DNA of 64,000 bases from an uncultured Alphaproteobacteria bacterium (GCA_944393225.1 CALXZK010000003.1:7853-71852), one strand, 5' to 3'; counted from the first letter of the stretch, positions 1-9,122 are shown. Made by a program: numbers and translations. Notes: generated by a model not told the origin, from the sequence alone.

Positions 1-1669
1 TTGGATAAAATATATAATGAGGTTCTACAATTACTTCACATAAAGCAGGACCATCAGAGGCTAAAACATCTTGTATCTTTTTATCAAGATTTTCTGCATC
101 TTTAATACAATAAGACTGAATACCAAATCCTTTTGCTATATTAATAAAATTAGGACAAATAACACCTGATGACTTGTCTGCCGCTGTAAGGCGTCCTTCA
201 AAGAAATTGGTTTGTGTTTGTTTCATAGAGATATAACCATCATTGTTAATAACAAAAATTTTAATAGGTAAATTATAATTTTTGATAGTTTGTAATTCCT
301 GCAAATTCATCATGATAGATCCGTCACCTGCCAAACAAACAACACGTTTTTTATTTCGAGCAAAACAAGCACCTATAGAAGCTGGTAAATCATACCCCAT
401 TGTTGCATTTCCTGAATTCCAAAACATTCGCATATTCTTTTTTATGCGGGCTATTTGAAAAGGAATGACACAAGCAGAGCCATTTCCCGTTACCACAGCA
501 TCTTCTTGTAAATTTTTAAACAAACAATCAATAAAATAATAAGGATTTATATTTTCTCCTATCTGCTGATACTCTGTTACGTTTTCAACAGCATATTTCT
601 GTTTAATATTTCGACAATACGTTAACCAATCATTATGAGGTTGAATATCAATCTTTTCCAACTCATACAATAAGGCCGGTAAAAAATCTTTTAAATCTGC
701 ATTAACAGCAATATCTGGAATAACCGTAGGTTTTTGCAGTTCAGCATTATCTATATCTACAACAATCTTTATTGCTTTATCAGCATAGCTTTCCCAATTA
801 TAACTAACTTGACGAATATTATTTCTTGTCCCTAAAAATAAAACGCAGTCTGAATTTTGCAAAATAAAATTACCTGCTCTTTGACCTATGGTTCCTATTC
901 TTCCCATATAGAATGGATAATTTTCATCTACAGTATCAACACCATTGAATGTTGTCAAAACAGGAGCGTTTATCTTTTCCGCTAATTTTTTCATTTGAGA
1001 AATGCTATCAGATAAACGTACACCATAACCAGATACAATTGATATGCGTTTTGCTGTTTTGATATGATTAACAATTGTGCTTAAATTAAGTTCTTTATGT
1101 ATCTCTGAAGGTGGAATAAACTCCTTTAAATTATTTTCATCAATCATACTGCTTTGAATATCTAATGGAATATCAAGCCATACTGGACCAAAACGTCCAT
1201 GTGTTGCTTCCCAAATAGCCTTATCTAAATGATATTTAATTTCTTCTGGCTTAACAACACATACCGCATATTTTGTAATTGGTTTTACTATAGAAATAAT
1301 ATCAACTTCTTGATCTCCTATCTGACGAATTTTTAGGTTTGGATAGGTCGCCATTAAAGTTGCTCTTTTAATTTGCCCAGAGATATAAAGTACTGGAACA
1401 GAATCTGTCCATTGTCCAAATACACCCGTAACAGCATTTAATGCCCCTGGTCCAGAAGTTGTGTTAACCACAGCCAATTTATTGTTATATCTGGCTTGTC
1501 CTTCTGCACAAAAAGCACACGCTTGTTCGTGATGATTGCAAATGTATGGAATATATTTGCCAAAGCTATCATTCAAATGCATTGCTCCACCACCGGGAAT
1601 TAAATAAACACGTTCTATTTCATAAACTTCTTTCAAACGTTTGGCGATATAATCACTGACTTTTATCAT
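1..1669 (-). CDS. Thiamine-diphosphate-dependent enzyme, acetolactate-synthase-large-subunit / YerE-like. The C-terminal end runs off the window, and the gene is absent from the supplied ORF track.
   Basis: My own translation of the minus strand from the ATG at 1669 reads MIKVSDYIAKRLKEVYEIERVYLIPGGGAMHLNDSFGKYIPYICNHHEQACAFCAEGQARYNNKLAVVNTTSGPGA... In the same frame at 300-420 it reads GNATMGYDLPASIGACFARNKKRVVCLAGDGSIMMNL, the ThDP-binding GDG...N region. At 2-60 it reads SDGPALCEVIVEPHYIFYP. The frame is consistent at all spots checked. Confidence 0.8.
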   Translation of the reverse strand, partial: MIKVSDYIAKRLKEVYEIERVYLIPGGGAMHLNDSFGKYIPYICNHHEQACAFCAEGQARYNNKLAVVNTTSGPGALNAVTGVFGQWTDSVPVLYISGQIKRATLMATYPNLKIRQIGDQEVDIISIVKPITKYAVCVVKPEEIKYHLDKAIWEATHGRFGPVWLDIPLDIQSSMIDENNLKEFIPPSEIHKELNLSTIVNHIKTAKRISIVSGYGVRLSDSISQMKKLAEKINAPVLTTFNGVDTVDENYPFYMGRIGTIGQRAGNFILQNSDCVLFLGTRNNIRQVSYNWESYADKAIKIVVDIDNAELQKPTVIPDIAVNADLKDFLPALLYELEKIDIQPHNDWLTYCRNIKQKYAVENVTEYQQIGENINPYYFIDCLFKNLQEDAVVTGNGSACVIPFQIARIKKNMRMFWNSGNATMGYDLPASIGACFARNKKRVVCLAGDGSIMMNLQELQTIKNYNLPIKIFVINNDGYISMKQTQTNFFEGRLTAADKSSGVICPNFINIAKGFGIQSYCIKDAENLDKKIQDVLASDGPALCEVIVEPHYIFYP

Positions 1670-1674
1670 TTTTA

Positions 1675-2733
1675 TTATCCTAACTGAGCTAAAACTTTTT
1701 TAACTTCATTTTCTTGCAAATCTAAAATTTTAGATGTCTCAAAATTGTCATCAAGCATAATCAATGCCATATTATTTCCTACGTTTTTCTTGTCTTGATG
1801 CATAGCTTGCACAATTTTGTTTTCATCTAAAACCGGCTTAGAAACTTTCAAAATTGGATATAAAATTTTATCTTCCAAAAATTTCAACTTATCTTTAGAT
1901 AATATTTTTCTATCCATACTAACTTTGTTTGCTAAAATCATACCCAAAACAACAGCTTGCCCATGCGGAATGGCAAAATTGGTAGCACTTTCAATTGCAT
2001 GACCAAAGCAATGTCCATAATTGAGCATATTTCTTTTTCCTGTATCAAATTCATCTGTTTCAATATAAGATTTTTTAATATTCAGACAATTATGGGTCAT
2101 TTTAGAAAGTGTGGCATTATCCAAAGCATCAATTTTCGGCAAAGCATCAATAAACTCCTGAGCTTTTTCTTTTCCAGCCATAATGTGCAATTTTGCCATT
2201 TCTCCGACGCCGGAATAAAAATCTTGAACATTTAAGCTCTTTAAAAATTCAGGATAAATATAAACTTCTTTCGGAGCATAAAAAGTACCAACCAAATTTT
2301 TAAAATGTTTAAAATTCAAAGATGTCTTTGCTCCGATACAACTATCAACTTGAGCCAATAATGTTGTCGGTACAAATATCCAATTTACTCCACGATATAA
2401 ACTTGAAGCTACAAAACCGGTTATATCTTGAATAATTCCGCCCCCAAAAGAGATAATCGTCATATTTTTACGAGGAGCAAATTGCATAATTTTCTCATAT
2501 ATTGCACAAACCGTATCAATATTTTTGATATCTTCACAAACCGGTTGAACAATTACTTTTTCCTGCGGAATTGAAGAAAGATGTGTGTTTTTATAAATAT
2601 TCCAAATATTTTCATCAATGACAAAAACACTATTTGGCATTTGCGCCAAATTTTTTATAAAATCAGCATTATCTTCAAAATTAACAGTATAATCTTTTAA
2701 ATTTGATTTTATAGTGATTTGATCTACACGCAT
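1675..2733 (-). CDS. 3-dehydroquinate synthase family protein (sugar-phosphate cyclase superfamily)
   Basis: GGGIIQDITGFVASSLYRGVNWIFVPTTLLAQVDSCIGAKTSLN matches the DHQS nucleotide/metal core (GGGxxxDxxGF...PTTLLAxVDSxxGGKTxxN). Downstream are NYGHCFGHAIE and HGQAVVLGM. The gene sits in a glycan operon, not an aromatic amino-acid context. Confidence 0.75.
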   Translation of the reverse strand: MRVDQITIKSNLKDYTVNFEDNADFIKNLAQMPNSVFVIDENIWNIYKNTHLSSIPQEKVIVQPVCEDIKNIDTVCAIYEKIMQFAPRKNMTIISFGGGIIQDITGFVASSLYRGVNWIFVPTTLLAQVDSCIGAKTSLNFKHFKNLVGTFYAPKEVYIYPEFLKSLNVQDFYSGVGEMAKLHIMAGKEKAQEFIDALPKIDALDNATLSKMTHNCLNIKKSYIETDEFDTGKRNMLNYGHCFGHAIESATNFAIPHGQAVVLGMILANKVSMDRKILSKDKLKFLEDKILYPILKVSKPVLDENKIVQAMHQDKKNVGNNMALIMLDDNFETSKILDLQENEVKKVLAQLG

Positions 2734-3383
2734 GAAAAACCTCCGTCAACAAATATGGTCTGCCCTGTTGTAAAAGAATTTTGCGGACTGGCCAAGAAAT
2801 AAACAAACTCGGCAATTTCTGTTACATTGCCCATTCTTTTAATAGGCAAATTATCTTCCAGAATTTTAATCTGTTCAGGTGTATTATTTTGATAAGTCAT
2901 TTCAGTAGCAATAAAACCCGGAGCAATGGCATTAACCAAAATATTAAACTTAGAAAGTTCTACTGCTGAAGCCGTGGTCAAACCTTTTATTCCGGCCTTA
3001 GCTATTGAATACATAATTCTACGTTCTTTTGAAAAATCGCACCAAATAGAAGCAAAATTAACAATACGCCCCCAATTTTTAGCTTTCATCATCGGTGCAA
3101 CATATTTAATTAACAAGGTCGAAGAAATCAAATTAACCTGTAACATCTCTTGTAAAGATATCTCATCCATTTCTTCTATAGATGCTAAATTATTAATCCC
3201 CGCGCAATTAACTAAAATATCTACATCAGTTAAATGTTTCATATAATTCTTTATGCTTTCTGTCGATGATAAATCCATTTCTTGTCGTGTCGGAGCGAAA
3301 ACCTCAATTTCTCGCTCACGAAAAAGTCGACAAATTTCTTTACCAATTCCTCTGGAACCACCTGTAATCAATGCCTTATACAT
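2724..3383 (-). CDS. Short-chain dehydrogenase/reductase (SDR)
   Basis: N-terminal TGGSRGIGKEI Rossmann motif, NCAGI, and the catalytic YSIAKAG (YxxxK). It overlaps the downstream gene by 10 nt. Confidence 0.8.
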   Translation of the reverse strand: MYKALITGGSRGIGKEICRLFREREIEVFAPTRQEMDLSSTESIKNYMKHLTDVDILVNCAGINNLASIEEMDEISLQEMLQVNLISSTLLIKYVAPMMKAKNWGRIVNFASIWCDFSKERRIMYSIAKAGIKGLTTASAVELSKFNILVNAIAPGFIATEMTYQNNTPEQIKILEDNLPIKRMGNVTEIAEFVYFLASPQNSFTTGQTIFVDGGFSCV

Positions 3384-4183
3384 TATTGAGCCTTTTGCTT
3401 ATTATATCTTTCTTCAATCATAGCTATACGTTTTGTTTCAGCATTTGCAAAACGAGAATAAAATTCTTTTTTGCATTGCATCCAGTTAAGCTCAAAGCCC
3501 ATCGCTTTGGTTAAAGCTTGTTCAACTTTTGCATCTGTTAAAGAATATTGTGCATCAAAAATAATGTTTCTGGTTTCAAAGCACTCTAAAACTTCTTTTG
3601 GAAGTTGACGGAAAAACTTTAGTGATTCACCGGAAACACCGCCGCCGACAAACAATTTTTTGCCATATTTTTGAGCTAATGATGCCATTTTTTCAGCATA
3701 AGACATCATTTCTTCAGAATTAACAAAACTACGGTCTTTGCCCATGGAACCTGAAAAATCCACTCTTCCCAAGACAATACCGTAAATGTCTTGAGCTTCT
3801 TTGATTTGCAACATTTCTTCAAGATTTTTAAAACCAGTAATGGTTTCAATATTAACCATAAATTTTGTATCGGCATATTCTTCATCAGAATAAATAACAT
3901 GGCTGGCTTCAATAAATTTTTTCAAAGCATAGGGAGTTTCTATCATCGGAGCTACAATTTTGTTCACACCCAAAACTTTGGCATCATGCATATCTCTTCT
4001 GGCCTCACATCCGCCAATTTTCATAGATACGGCAACACCGGCCTTAAAAGCAATGGAGGCAATGATTTGCGCCAATTCTCCGGTCAAACCTTCATCTTCA
4101 AAAGAAATTTTAATTCCTTTAACATGATGATTTTCTTTCAAATCTTTAAGCAATTCATACATATTCTTTTCATATTTATTCAT
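3383..4183 (-). CDS. HpcH/HpaI-type (class II, pyruvate-dependent) aldolase / citrate-lyase-beta-like TIM-barrel protein
   Basis: KIVAPMIETPYALKKFIEA and MVNIETITGFKNLEEML...GIVLGRVDFSGSMG resemble the conserved P-x-V-E and I-E-S/T...G-x-x-D-L segments of the HpcH_HpaI family. This is recognition by eye only. Confidence 0.55.
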   Translation of the reverse strand: MNKYEKNMYELLKDLKENHHVKGIKISFEDEGLTGELAQIIASIAFKAGVAVSMKIGGCEARRDMHDAKVLGVNKIVAPMIETPYALKKFIEASHVIYSDEEYADTKFMVNIETITGFKNLEEMLQIKEAQDIYGIVLGRVDFSGSMGKDRSFVNSEEMMSYAEKMASLAQKYGKKLFVGGGVSGESLKFFRQLPKEVLECFETRNIIFDAQYSLTDAKVEQALTKAMGFELNWMQCKKEFYSRFANAETKRIAMIEERYNKQKAQ

Positions 4184-4184
4184 T

Positions 4185-5069
4185 TTATTTATCCTCTAAT
4201 AGTTGTTTGTATTCTATGCTATCTTTATGCTTTTCATAATAATCATACAAATTTTTTACTGACTGGTAGATGGGTGTTAAACGAAGATTAGGAAACTCAC
4301 TTCTCAATCTGCTATTATCTCCATAATAATCTAAGCCATACCCATCTTTAGAAATTTGAATCTCAACGTCTTTGTGGCTGATTTCTTTTACCATTTCAGC
4401 TAATTGCTTAAGCTCAACAAAATTATCTGGACATACATTATAATGCTTATACTTAACTTCATTCTCAGTAAAAAATTCCAAAATTGGAGGTAAATCATTA
4501 ACATCTAAATAACTAAAACGGCGATTTTGTCTGCAAGTTATAGGTAAATCAAACAAAACCTTACAAATAGCATTTGAAATAAAACGAATGCTATAATCTT
4601 CGTATTTACCAAATATTCCAAAAATATTTAAATCTATGAAATTAGGAAGAGAATCTATTCTTTTTCCGACAACATATTTACAAAAACTATGGTCATCTTT
4701 GCCCATATTTTTATAAATATCATGTTCAGAAACACCTGAGTTATTTTGCGCTACATCATATATTGCACCACTTCCAGCATTAATAAATTTTCCATAAGAT
4801 GCACAGTTGCGAGCTAAGTTTTCAAAATTTCGGACATTGGTGTAAAATAAATTATTTAAATCAAGCGCATTTCTGTGCCCAGGTTTTATTGCAAAATGCC
4901 AAACAGCATCAAAATATTTGTCTTTAAAATAAGAATCAACCTCCTTAGTATCTGACCAATTAACTTCACTATGATGAGGTGTCTCAATGTCGTACTTTTG
5001 GGACAAATAACTCTCTAAAATATTTTTACCAATAAAACCATTAGCCCCTGTTAACAAAATCTTTTTCAT
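4185..5069 (-). CDS. NAD-dependent sugar epimerase/dehydratase/reductase (extended SDR)
   Basis: MKKILLTGANGFIGKNI Rossmann start. The ATG at 5069 is preceded by GGAG and overlaps the rfbG stop (TAATG). The track ORF starts 4 codons earlier, at 5081. Confidence 0.75.
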   Translation of the reverse strand: MKKILLTGANGFIGKNILESYLSQKYDIETPHHSEVNWSDTKEVDSYFKDKYFDAVWHFAIKPGHRNALDLNNLFYTNVRNFENLARNCASYGKFINAGSGAIYDVAQNNSGVSEHDIYKNMGKDDHSFCKYVVGKRIDSLPNFIDLNIFGIFGKYEDYSIRFISNAICKVLFDLPITCRQNRRFSYLDVNDLPPILEFFTENEVKYKHYNVCPDNFVELKQLAEMVKEISHKDVEIQISKDGYGLDYYGDNSRLRSEFPNLRLTPIYQSVKNLYDYYEKHKDSIEYKQLLEDK

Positions 5070-6160
5070 TACAAACTCCATTCTAAATTTTGTTTTTTGG
5101 CTTCAGATAAAAATTCGTCAATTTGCATTTGACTAAATGCATACATATCTGATTTTGTCGTGTAATGCTGCTTATACCATTCGGTCGTTACTTTAATGGC
5201 GGCATCTACATCATAAACAGGACGCACACCCAATACTTTATCTGCTTTTTCAATGTTTAATTGCAATAATGTTGCTTCATGTAAGCCATCAGATGAACCG
5301 ACTTCAACTTTGCCTTTTCCCCAAACATCAACCACTTTTTGTGCAACTTCACAAACCTTAACAACAGAAGATGCATAAGGACCAAAATTAAATCCATCGG
5401 CATATTTAGAACCTTGTTCAAACAACATTTGCCCTAAACGCAAATAGCCAACCAATGGTTCTAAGACAAATTGCCACGGTCTGGTAGCCAATGGATTGCG
5501 AATAAAAATGGTTTCACCTTGACGAATAGCGTTAATACAATCTGGAATTAAACGATCTTTTGCCCAATCTCCGCCACCGATAACATTTCCGGCGCGTCCG
5601 GTTCCCAGTGCAAAAGGTTTTCCGTCAGTTAAAAATGAGCGGCGATAAGAAGAGCTCAAAATCTCTGAACATCCTTTGGAAGAAGAATACATATCATATC
5701 CGCCCATCGGTTCATCTTCTTTATAACCTTCTTTTTTTTCTTTGTTTTCATAACATTTATCTGTGGTCACATTAACAAAAGCTTTAACTGAAGGTGTTTG
5801 ACGTGCCGCTTCTAAAACATTAAGTGTTCCGATTACATTTGTCTCATAAGTTAAAACAGGCTCGGCATAGGATAAGCGAACCAAAGGCTGTGCAGCCAAA
5901 TGAAAAACAAAATCAGGTTGGCATTTTTGCATAAATTGAGCCAATTTTTCTCTTTCTCTGATATCAGCAATCATTTCATCTTCAAGCAAGTCATGAATAT
6001 GCACAATATCATATAAAGATTCACTGCTGTCCGGCTTTAGAGAATAACCATAAACTTTTGCCCCTAATTTTTTTAAGAGCATTACTAACCAACAACCTTT
6101 AAAACCGCAATGTCCTGTAACAAAAACCTTTTTATCTCTATAAATATTATTAAAAGACAC
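5069..6160 (-). CDS. rfbG: CDP-glucose 4,6-dehydratase
   Basis: KVFVTGHCGFKGCWL (the family signature is VTGHTGFKGxWL). Length is about 360 aa. GTG start. It lies immediately downstream of the cytidylyltransferase. Confidence 0.85.
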   Translation of the reverse strand: MSFNNIYRDKKVFVTGHCGFKGCWLVMLLKKLGAKVYGYSLKPDSSESLYDIVHIHDLLEDEMIADIREREKLAQFMQKCQPDFVFHLAAQPLVRLSYAEPVLTYETNVIGTLNVLEAARQTPSVKAFVNVTTDKCYENKEKKEGYKEDEPMGGYDMYSSSKGCSEILSSSYRRSFLTDGKPFALGTGRAGNVIGGGDWAKDRLIPDCINAIRQGETIFIRNPLATRPWQFVLEPLVGYLRLGQMLFEQGSKYADGFNFGPYASSVVKVCEVAQKVVDVWGKGKVEVGSSDGLHEATLLQLNIEKADKVLGVRPVYDVDAAIKVTTEWYKQHYTTKSDMYAFSQMQIDEFLSEAKKQNLEWSL

Positions 6161-6163
6161 GGG

Positions 6164-6943
6164 TTAATCCTCCCACACTTTCCAAGGAGCATGACCTTCG
6201 GCCCAAATTTTATTTAACTCTTCTTTGTCTTTCAGCATATCCATCGGACGCCAAAAACCACGATGTTTAAAGGCATTGAGCTGTCCATCATTAGCCAAAC
6301 TTTTTAAAGGTTTCTGTTCCCAAATAACATCATCTCCATCGGGGATATAATCAAAAATTTGAGGTTCGCAAACAAAGAACCCTCCGTTTATCCAAGCATC
6401 TTCATTTTTGGGCTTTTCTTGGAAATTTGAAACCCTCATATCTTCTTCAACTTTTAACACGCCAAAACGACCTTCAGGTTGAATGGCTGTCAATGTGCAA
6501 TATTTTCCGCTTAGCTTATGAAACTTAATTAACTCATTAATATTAACATCTGAAACACCATCTCCATAAGTTAACATAAATGGTTCATTGCCAATAAAAT
6601 CTTTTATTTTTTTAATTCGACCACCAGTCATTGTATTACGTCCGGTATAAAAGAGTGTAACTTTCCATGGCTCAGCCTCGGTTTGATGCACCTCAACATT
6701 ATTTGTAGCCAAATCAACCGTAACATTTGAATTATTCATATAGTAGTTCACAAAATAGTCTTTAATAACTTCTTGTTTATAGCCGGTCAGAACAACAAAT
6801 TCATTAAAACCATAATGAGAATAAATTTTCATTATATGCCACAAAATCGGATATCCACCAATTCCAACCATCGGCTTGGGTCTAACACCTGTTTCTTCTC
6901 CTAAGCGAGTTCCGAGCCCTCCGGCTAAAATTACAACTTTCAT
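6164..6943 (-). CDS. rfbF: Glucose-1-phosphate cytidylyltransferase
   Basis: MKVVILAGGLGTRLGEETGVRPKPMVGIGGYPILWHIMKIYSHYGFNEFVVLTGYK is near-canonical for RfbF/DdhA. A GGAGAG Shine-Dalgarno lies upstream. Confidence 0.9.
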   Translation of the reverse strand: MKVVILAGGLGTRLGEETGVRPKPMVGIGGYPILWHIMKIYSHYGFNEFVVLTGYKQEVIKDYFVNYYMNNSNVTVDLATNNVEVHQTEAEPWKVTLFYTGRNTMTGGRIKKIKDFIGNEPFMLTYGDGVSDVNINELIKFHKLSGKYCTLTAIQPEGRFGVLKVEEDMRVSNFQEKPKNEDAWINGGFFVCEPQIFDYIPDGDDVIWEQKPLKSLANDGQLNAFKHRGFWRPMDMLKDKEELNKIWAEGHAPWKVWED

Positions 6944-7673
6944 TTTCTCTCCATCCTATTAATTGTATAATTTTTTGTATAAAAGTCTTTTGTGGCAACA
7001 ATGATTTTCTTATTTTGTCTGTTGCCATTTTCATTTTTTGGTTATTTTTTTTAGACTCATTTGTTTCATGATCTCGGTATCTGAATAAAATTTCAGGAAC
7101 ATTATGAAAACTTGTCTTTCCTACCAAACGACACCACAATGCATAATCCTCAGACGGTGAAAATTCGTCTTCATATTTTAGATGATTTTCAATAAGTACT
7201 GATTTTCTTATCATGGCGGCAGGATGCAACAACGGACATGAATCTTTCAGAGCTTTGATAATTTGTTTGTTATTTTCAGGTTTTTTCTTGATTGTAAGAT
7301 TAGGAAAACGTTCATACCAACAACTCACTACCCCACATTCCGGATGAGCATCAAGATAAGCTACTTCTTTTTCAAAACGGTGTGGCAAAGAAATATCATC
7401 ATGATCCATCACGGCAATATATTCACCAGATGTCAAATCAAGGAGCTTATTTCTTGTTCCAGAAATTCCTAAATTTTTTTCATTTCTAAAATATTTAATA
7501 CGATTATCGGCATAAGATTGGATGATTCTCTCACAATCTTTATCTTCAGGACAATCATCAACAATTAAAAATTCAAAATCTGTATATGTTTGATTAAGAA
7601 TAGATTCTATACATTCTTTCAAGTATTCTGACTTAGTTTTATAAACGGCAAGACAAACAGAAACTTTTGGCAT
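6882..7673 (-). CDS. Family 2 glycosyltransferase
   Basis: VSVCLAVYKTKSEYLKECIESILNQTYTDFEFLIVDDCPED (GT2 DxD region). The C-terminal tail reads 62 nt into rfbF. Confidence 0.85.
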   Translation of the reverse strand: MPKVSVCLAVYKTKSEYLKECIESILNQTYTDFEFLIVDDCPEDKDCERIIQSYADNRIKYFRNEKNLGISGTRNKLLDLTSGEYIAVMDHDDISLPHRFEKEVAYLDAHPECGVVSCWYERFPNLTIKKKPENNKQIIKALKDSCPLLHPAAMIRKSVLIENHLKYEDEFSPSEDYALWCRLVGKTSFHNVPEILFRYRDHETNESKKNNQKMKMATDKIRKSLLPQKTFIQKIIQLIGWRENESCNFSRRARNSLRRRNRC

Positions 7674-8261
7674 CTATTTATCTCCTCGGCTAAAAGAAAT
7701 TCCGTGTCTTCTGGCAAAAGCGTAGATTGATGCACGGTTAATACCTAATTGTCTGGCTATTTCTGACTTTGAAATACCATCATCAAGCATTTGCAAAATT
7801 TTTTCTGAGTTGTTTTCTAATTTTGATTTGACTTTTGCACCGAACGGGCGACCAAGTTTTTTGCCTTCTCTTTTGCGTTGACTTAAAACTTTTCTTGTGG
7901 ATTGTGAAATTAAATGACTGCGAATATCAATAGCAACATCCATCCCTTTGAAAAAATCTTCCGTCAAGTTGAACTTGTCAAAACTATAACCATCTTCAAT
8001 CGAAATTAGTTTCAGATTCCTTTCTTGACAAAATTGAAGATTTTCTTTGATATCTTGTAAATAAGGCCCAATATTGCTGATTTTATTAATAAGGATACCT
8101 TCACAATCGGCTTGAATAATGCTTTTAACATTTTCAAAATTATTGCCTGTATGAACACACCCCATCACAAAGCCATGTTCTTTTGCAAAAGAGTTAAGGC
8201 TTTGATATTGATCAGCGTAATCTGCCTGATCTTGATTATTTGGTATGTATCCAACAAACAT
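7674..8261 (-). CDS. Serine-recombinase (resolvase/invertase) homolog with substituted catalytic residues. It is predicted to be non-catalytic and DNA-binding.
   Basis: MFVGYIPNNQDQ aligns with the MxxGYIRVSTxxQ seen in the neighbouring ORF, so the Arg and the Ser nucleophile are replaced by P and N. KISNIGP stands in place of the D-R-L-G-R motif. The E-helix (SQSTRKVLSQRKREGKKLGRP) and the C-terminal HTH (SKSEIARQLGINRASIY) are retained. The ORF is intact and its stop abuts the GT2 start. I prefer the ATG at 8261; the track gives a TTG at 8270. Confidence 0.7.
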   Translation of the reverse strand: MFVGYIPNNQDQADYADQYQSLNSFAKEHGFVMGCVHTGNNFENVKSIIQADCEGILINKISNIGPYLQDIKENLQFCQERNLKLISIEDGYSFDKFNLTEDFFKGMDVAIDIRSHLISQSTRKVLSQRKREGKKLGRPFGAKVKSKLENNSEKILQMLDDGISKSEIARQLGINRASIYAFARRHGISFSRGDK

Positions 8262-8372
8262 TCGGCGCAATCTTCAAAAATCAGCAATTTTGCATATAAT
8301 TTTGAAGACATAACTGCTTATATCGATGAAAAATCTTGATTTTCTTAAAGTTAACATAAAAAATTTTTTATC

Positions 8373-8400
8373 TTGCAATTCTAATTTATCACTATATGAT
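8373..8400 (+). promoter_or_regulatory. Candidate sigma70-type promoter for the invertase gene
   Basis: TTGCAA (8373-8378), 16-nt spacer, TATGAT (8395-8400). A second palindromic TTGCAA at 8403-8408 with TAGAAT (complement of 8378-8383, 19-nt spacer) could be the divergent promoter for the glycan operon. This is sequence inspection only. Confidence 0.3.
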
Positions 8401-8524
8401 AGTTGCAAATAATATATAAAATAAACGCTCATTTTTGAACGTGATTTATTTGAAGCGTTCTTTTCTTATTGTTTTTTCTCTGTTTTTATAAATAACTTTA
8501 GAAACAAATTTATAAGGACAGAAA

Positions 8525-9112
8525 ATGATTTATGGATATATCAGGGTCAGCACAGACCATCAAAATGTTGCAAATCAACATCACGAAATTGAAATTTTTT
8601 CTCAAAAACAGAATCTGACAATCGATAAATGGGTTGAGGAAGTTATTTCTTCCAGAAAGCCTTTGCAAGAAAGGAAACTAGGAAAACTCCTAAAAAAGCT
8701 CAAAAAAGGAGATATTTTAATTGCAACCGAGCTCTCCAGACTCGGAAGGAATCTGCTTGAAGTTATGAGTATTTTACAAAAATGTCTGGAAAAAGATTGT
8801 CAAATTTGGACTTTGAAAGAAAATTATCGATTAGGAGCTGATATACAATCAAAAGTTTTAGCTTTTGCCTTTTCTTTAGCCAGTGAAATTGAAAGACAAC
8901 TAATTTCAGAACGCACAAAAATGTCTTTACAACGATTAAAAAACGAAGGCAAACATTTGGGAAGACCATTAGGAGCATCTTCTCAAAAACTACAAAAACA
9001 TCATGATAAAATCAAAAAACTTTGGGATAAAAATATTCCAAAATCACAAATAGCTAAAATGTTTGGTTGTACATGGCTTACAATTCATAGATATATAAAA
9101 AATAATTTTTAA
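8525..9112 (+). CDS. Serine recombinase, small DNA-invertase/resolvase type (Hin/Gin/Tn3-resolvase-like)
   Basis: MIYGYIRVSTDHQ (catalytic Ser), ATELSRLGRN, the E-helix ...ISERTKMSLQRLKNEGKHLGRP, and the C-terminal HTH KSQIAKMFGCTWLTIHRYI. An AAGGA Shine-Dalgarno lies upstream. Confidence 0.85.
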   Translation: MIYGYIRVSTDHQNVANQHHEIEIFSQKQNLTIDKWVEEVISSRKPLQERKLGKLLKKLKKGDILIATELSRLGRNLLEVMSILQKCLEKDCQIWTLKENYRLGADIQSKVLAFAFSLASEIERQLISERTKMSLQRLKNEGKHLGRPLGASSQKLQKHHDKIKKLWDKNIPKSQIAKMFGCTWLTIHRYIKNNF

Positions 9113-9122
9113 TTAACTCATG

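Noticed and set aside
6882-6943. The 62-nt overlap between the GT2 3' end and the rfbF start, considered as a sign of a frameshift or pseudogene (an A8 tract lies at 7035-7042)
   Set aside because: Both ORFs are intact. The GT2 catalytic domain is complete well before the overlap, and rfbF has its canonical N-terminus and Shine-Dalgarno. The GT2 frame simply lacks a stop until 6882.
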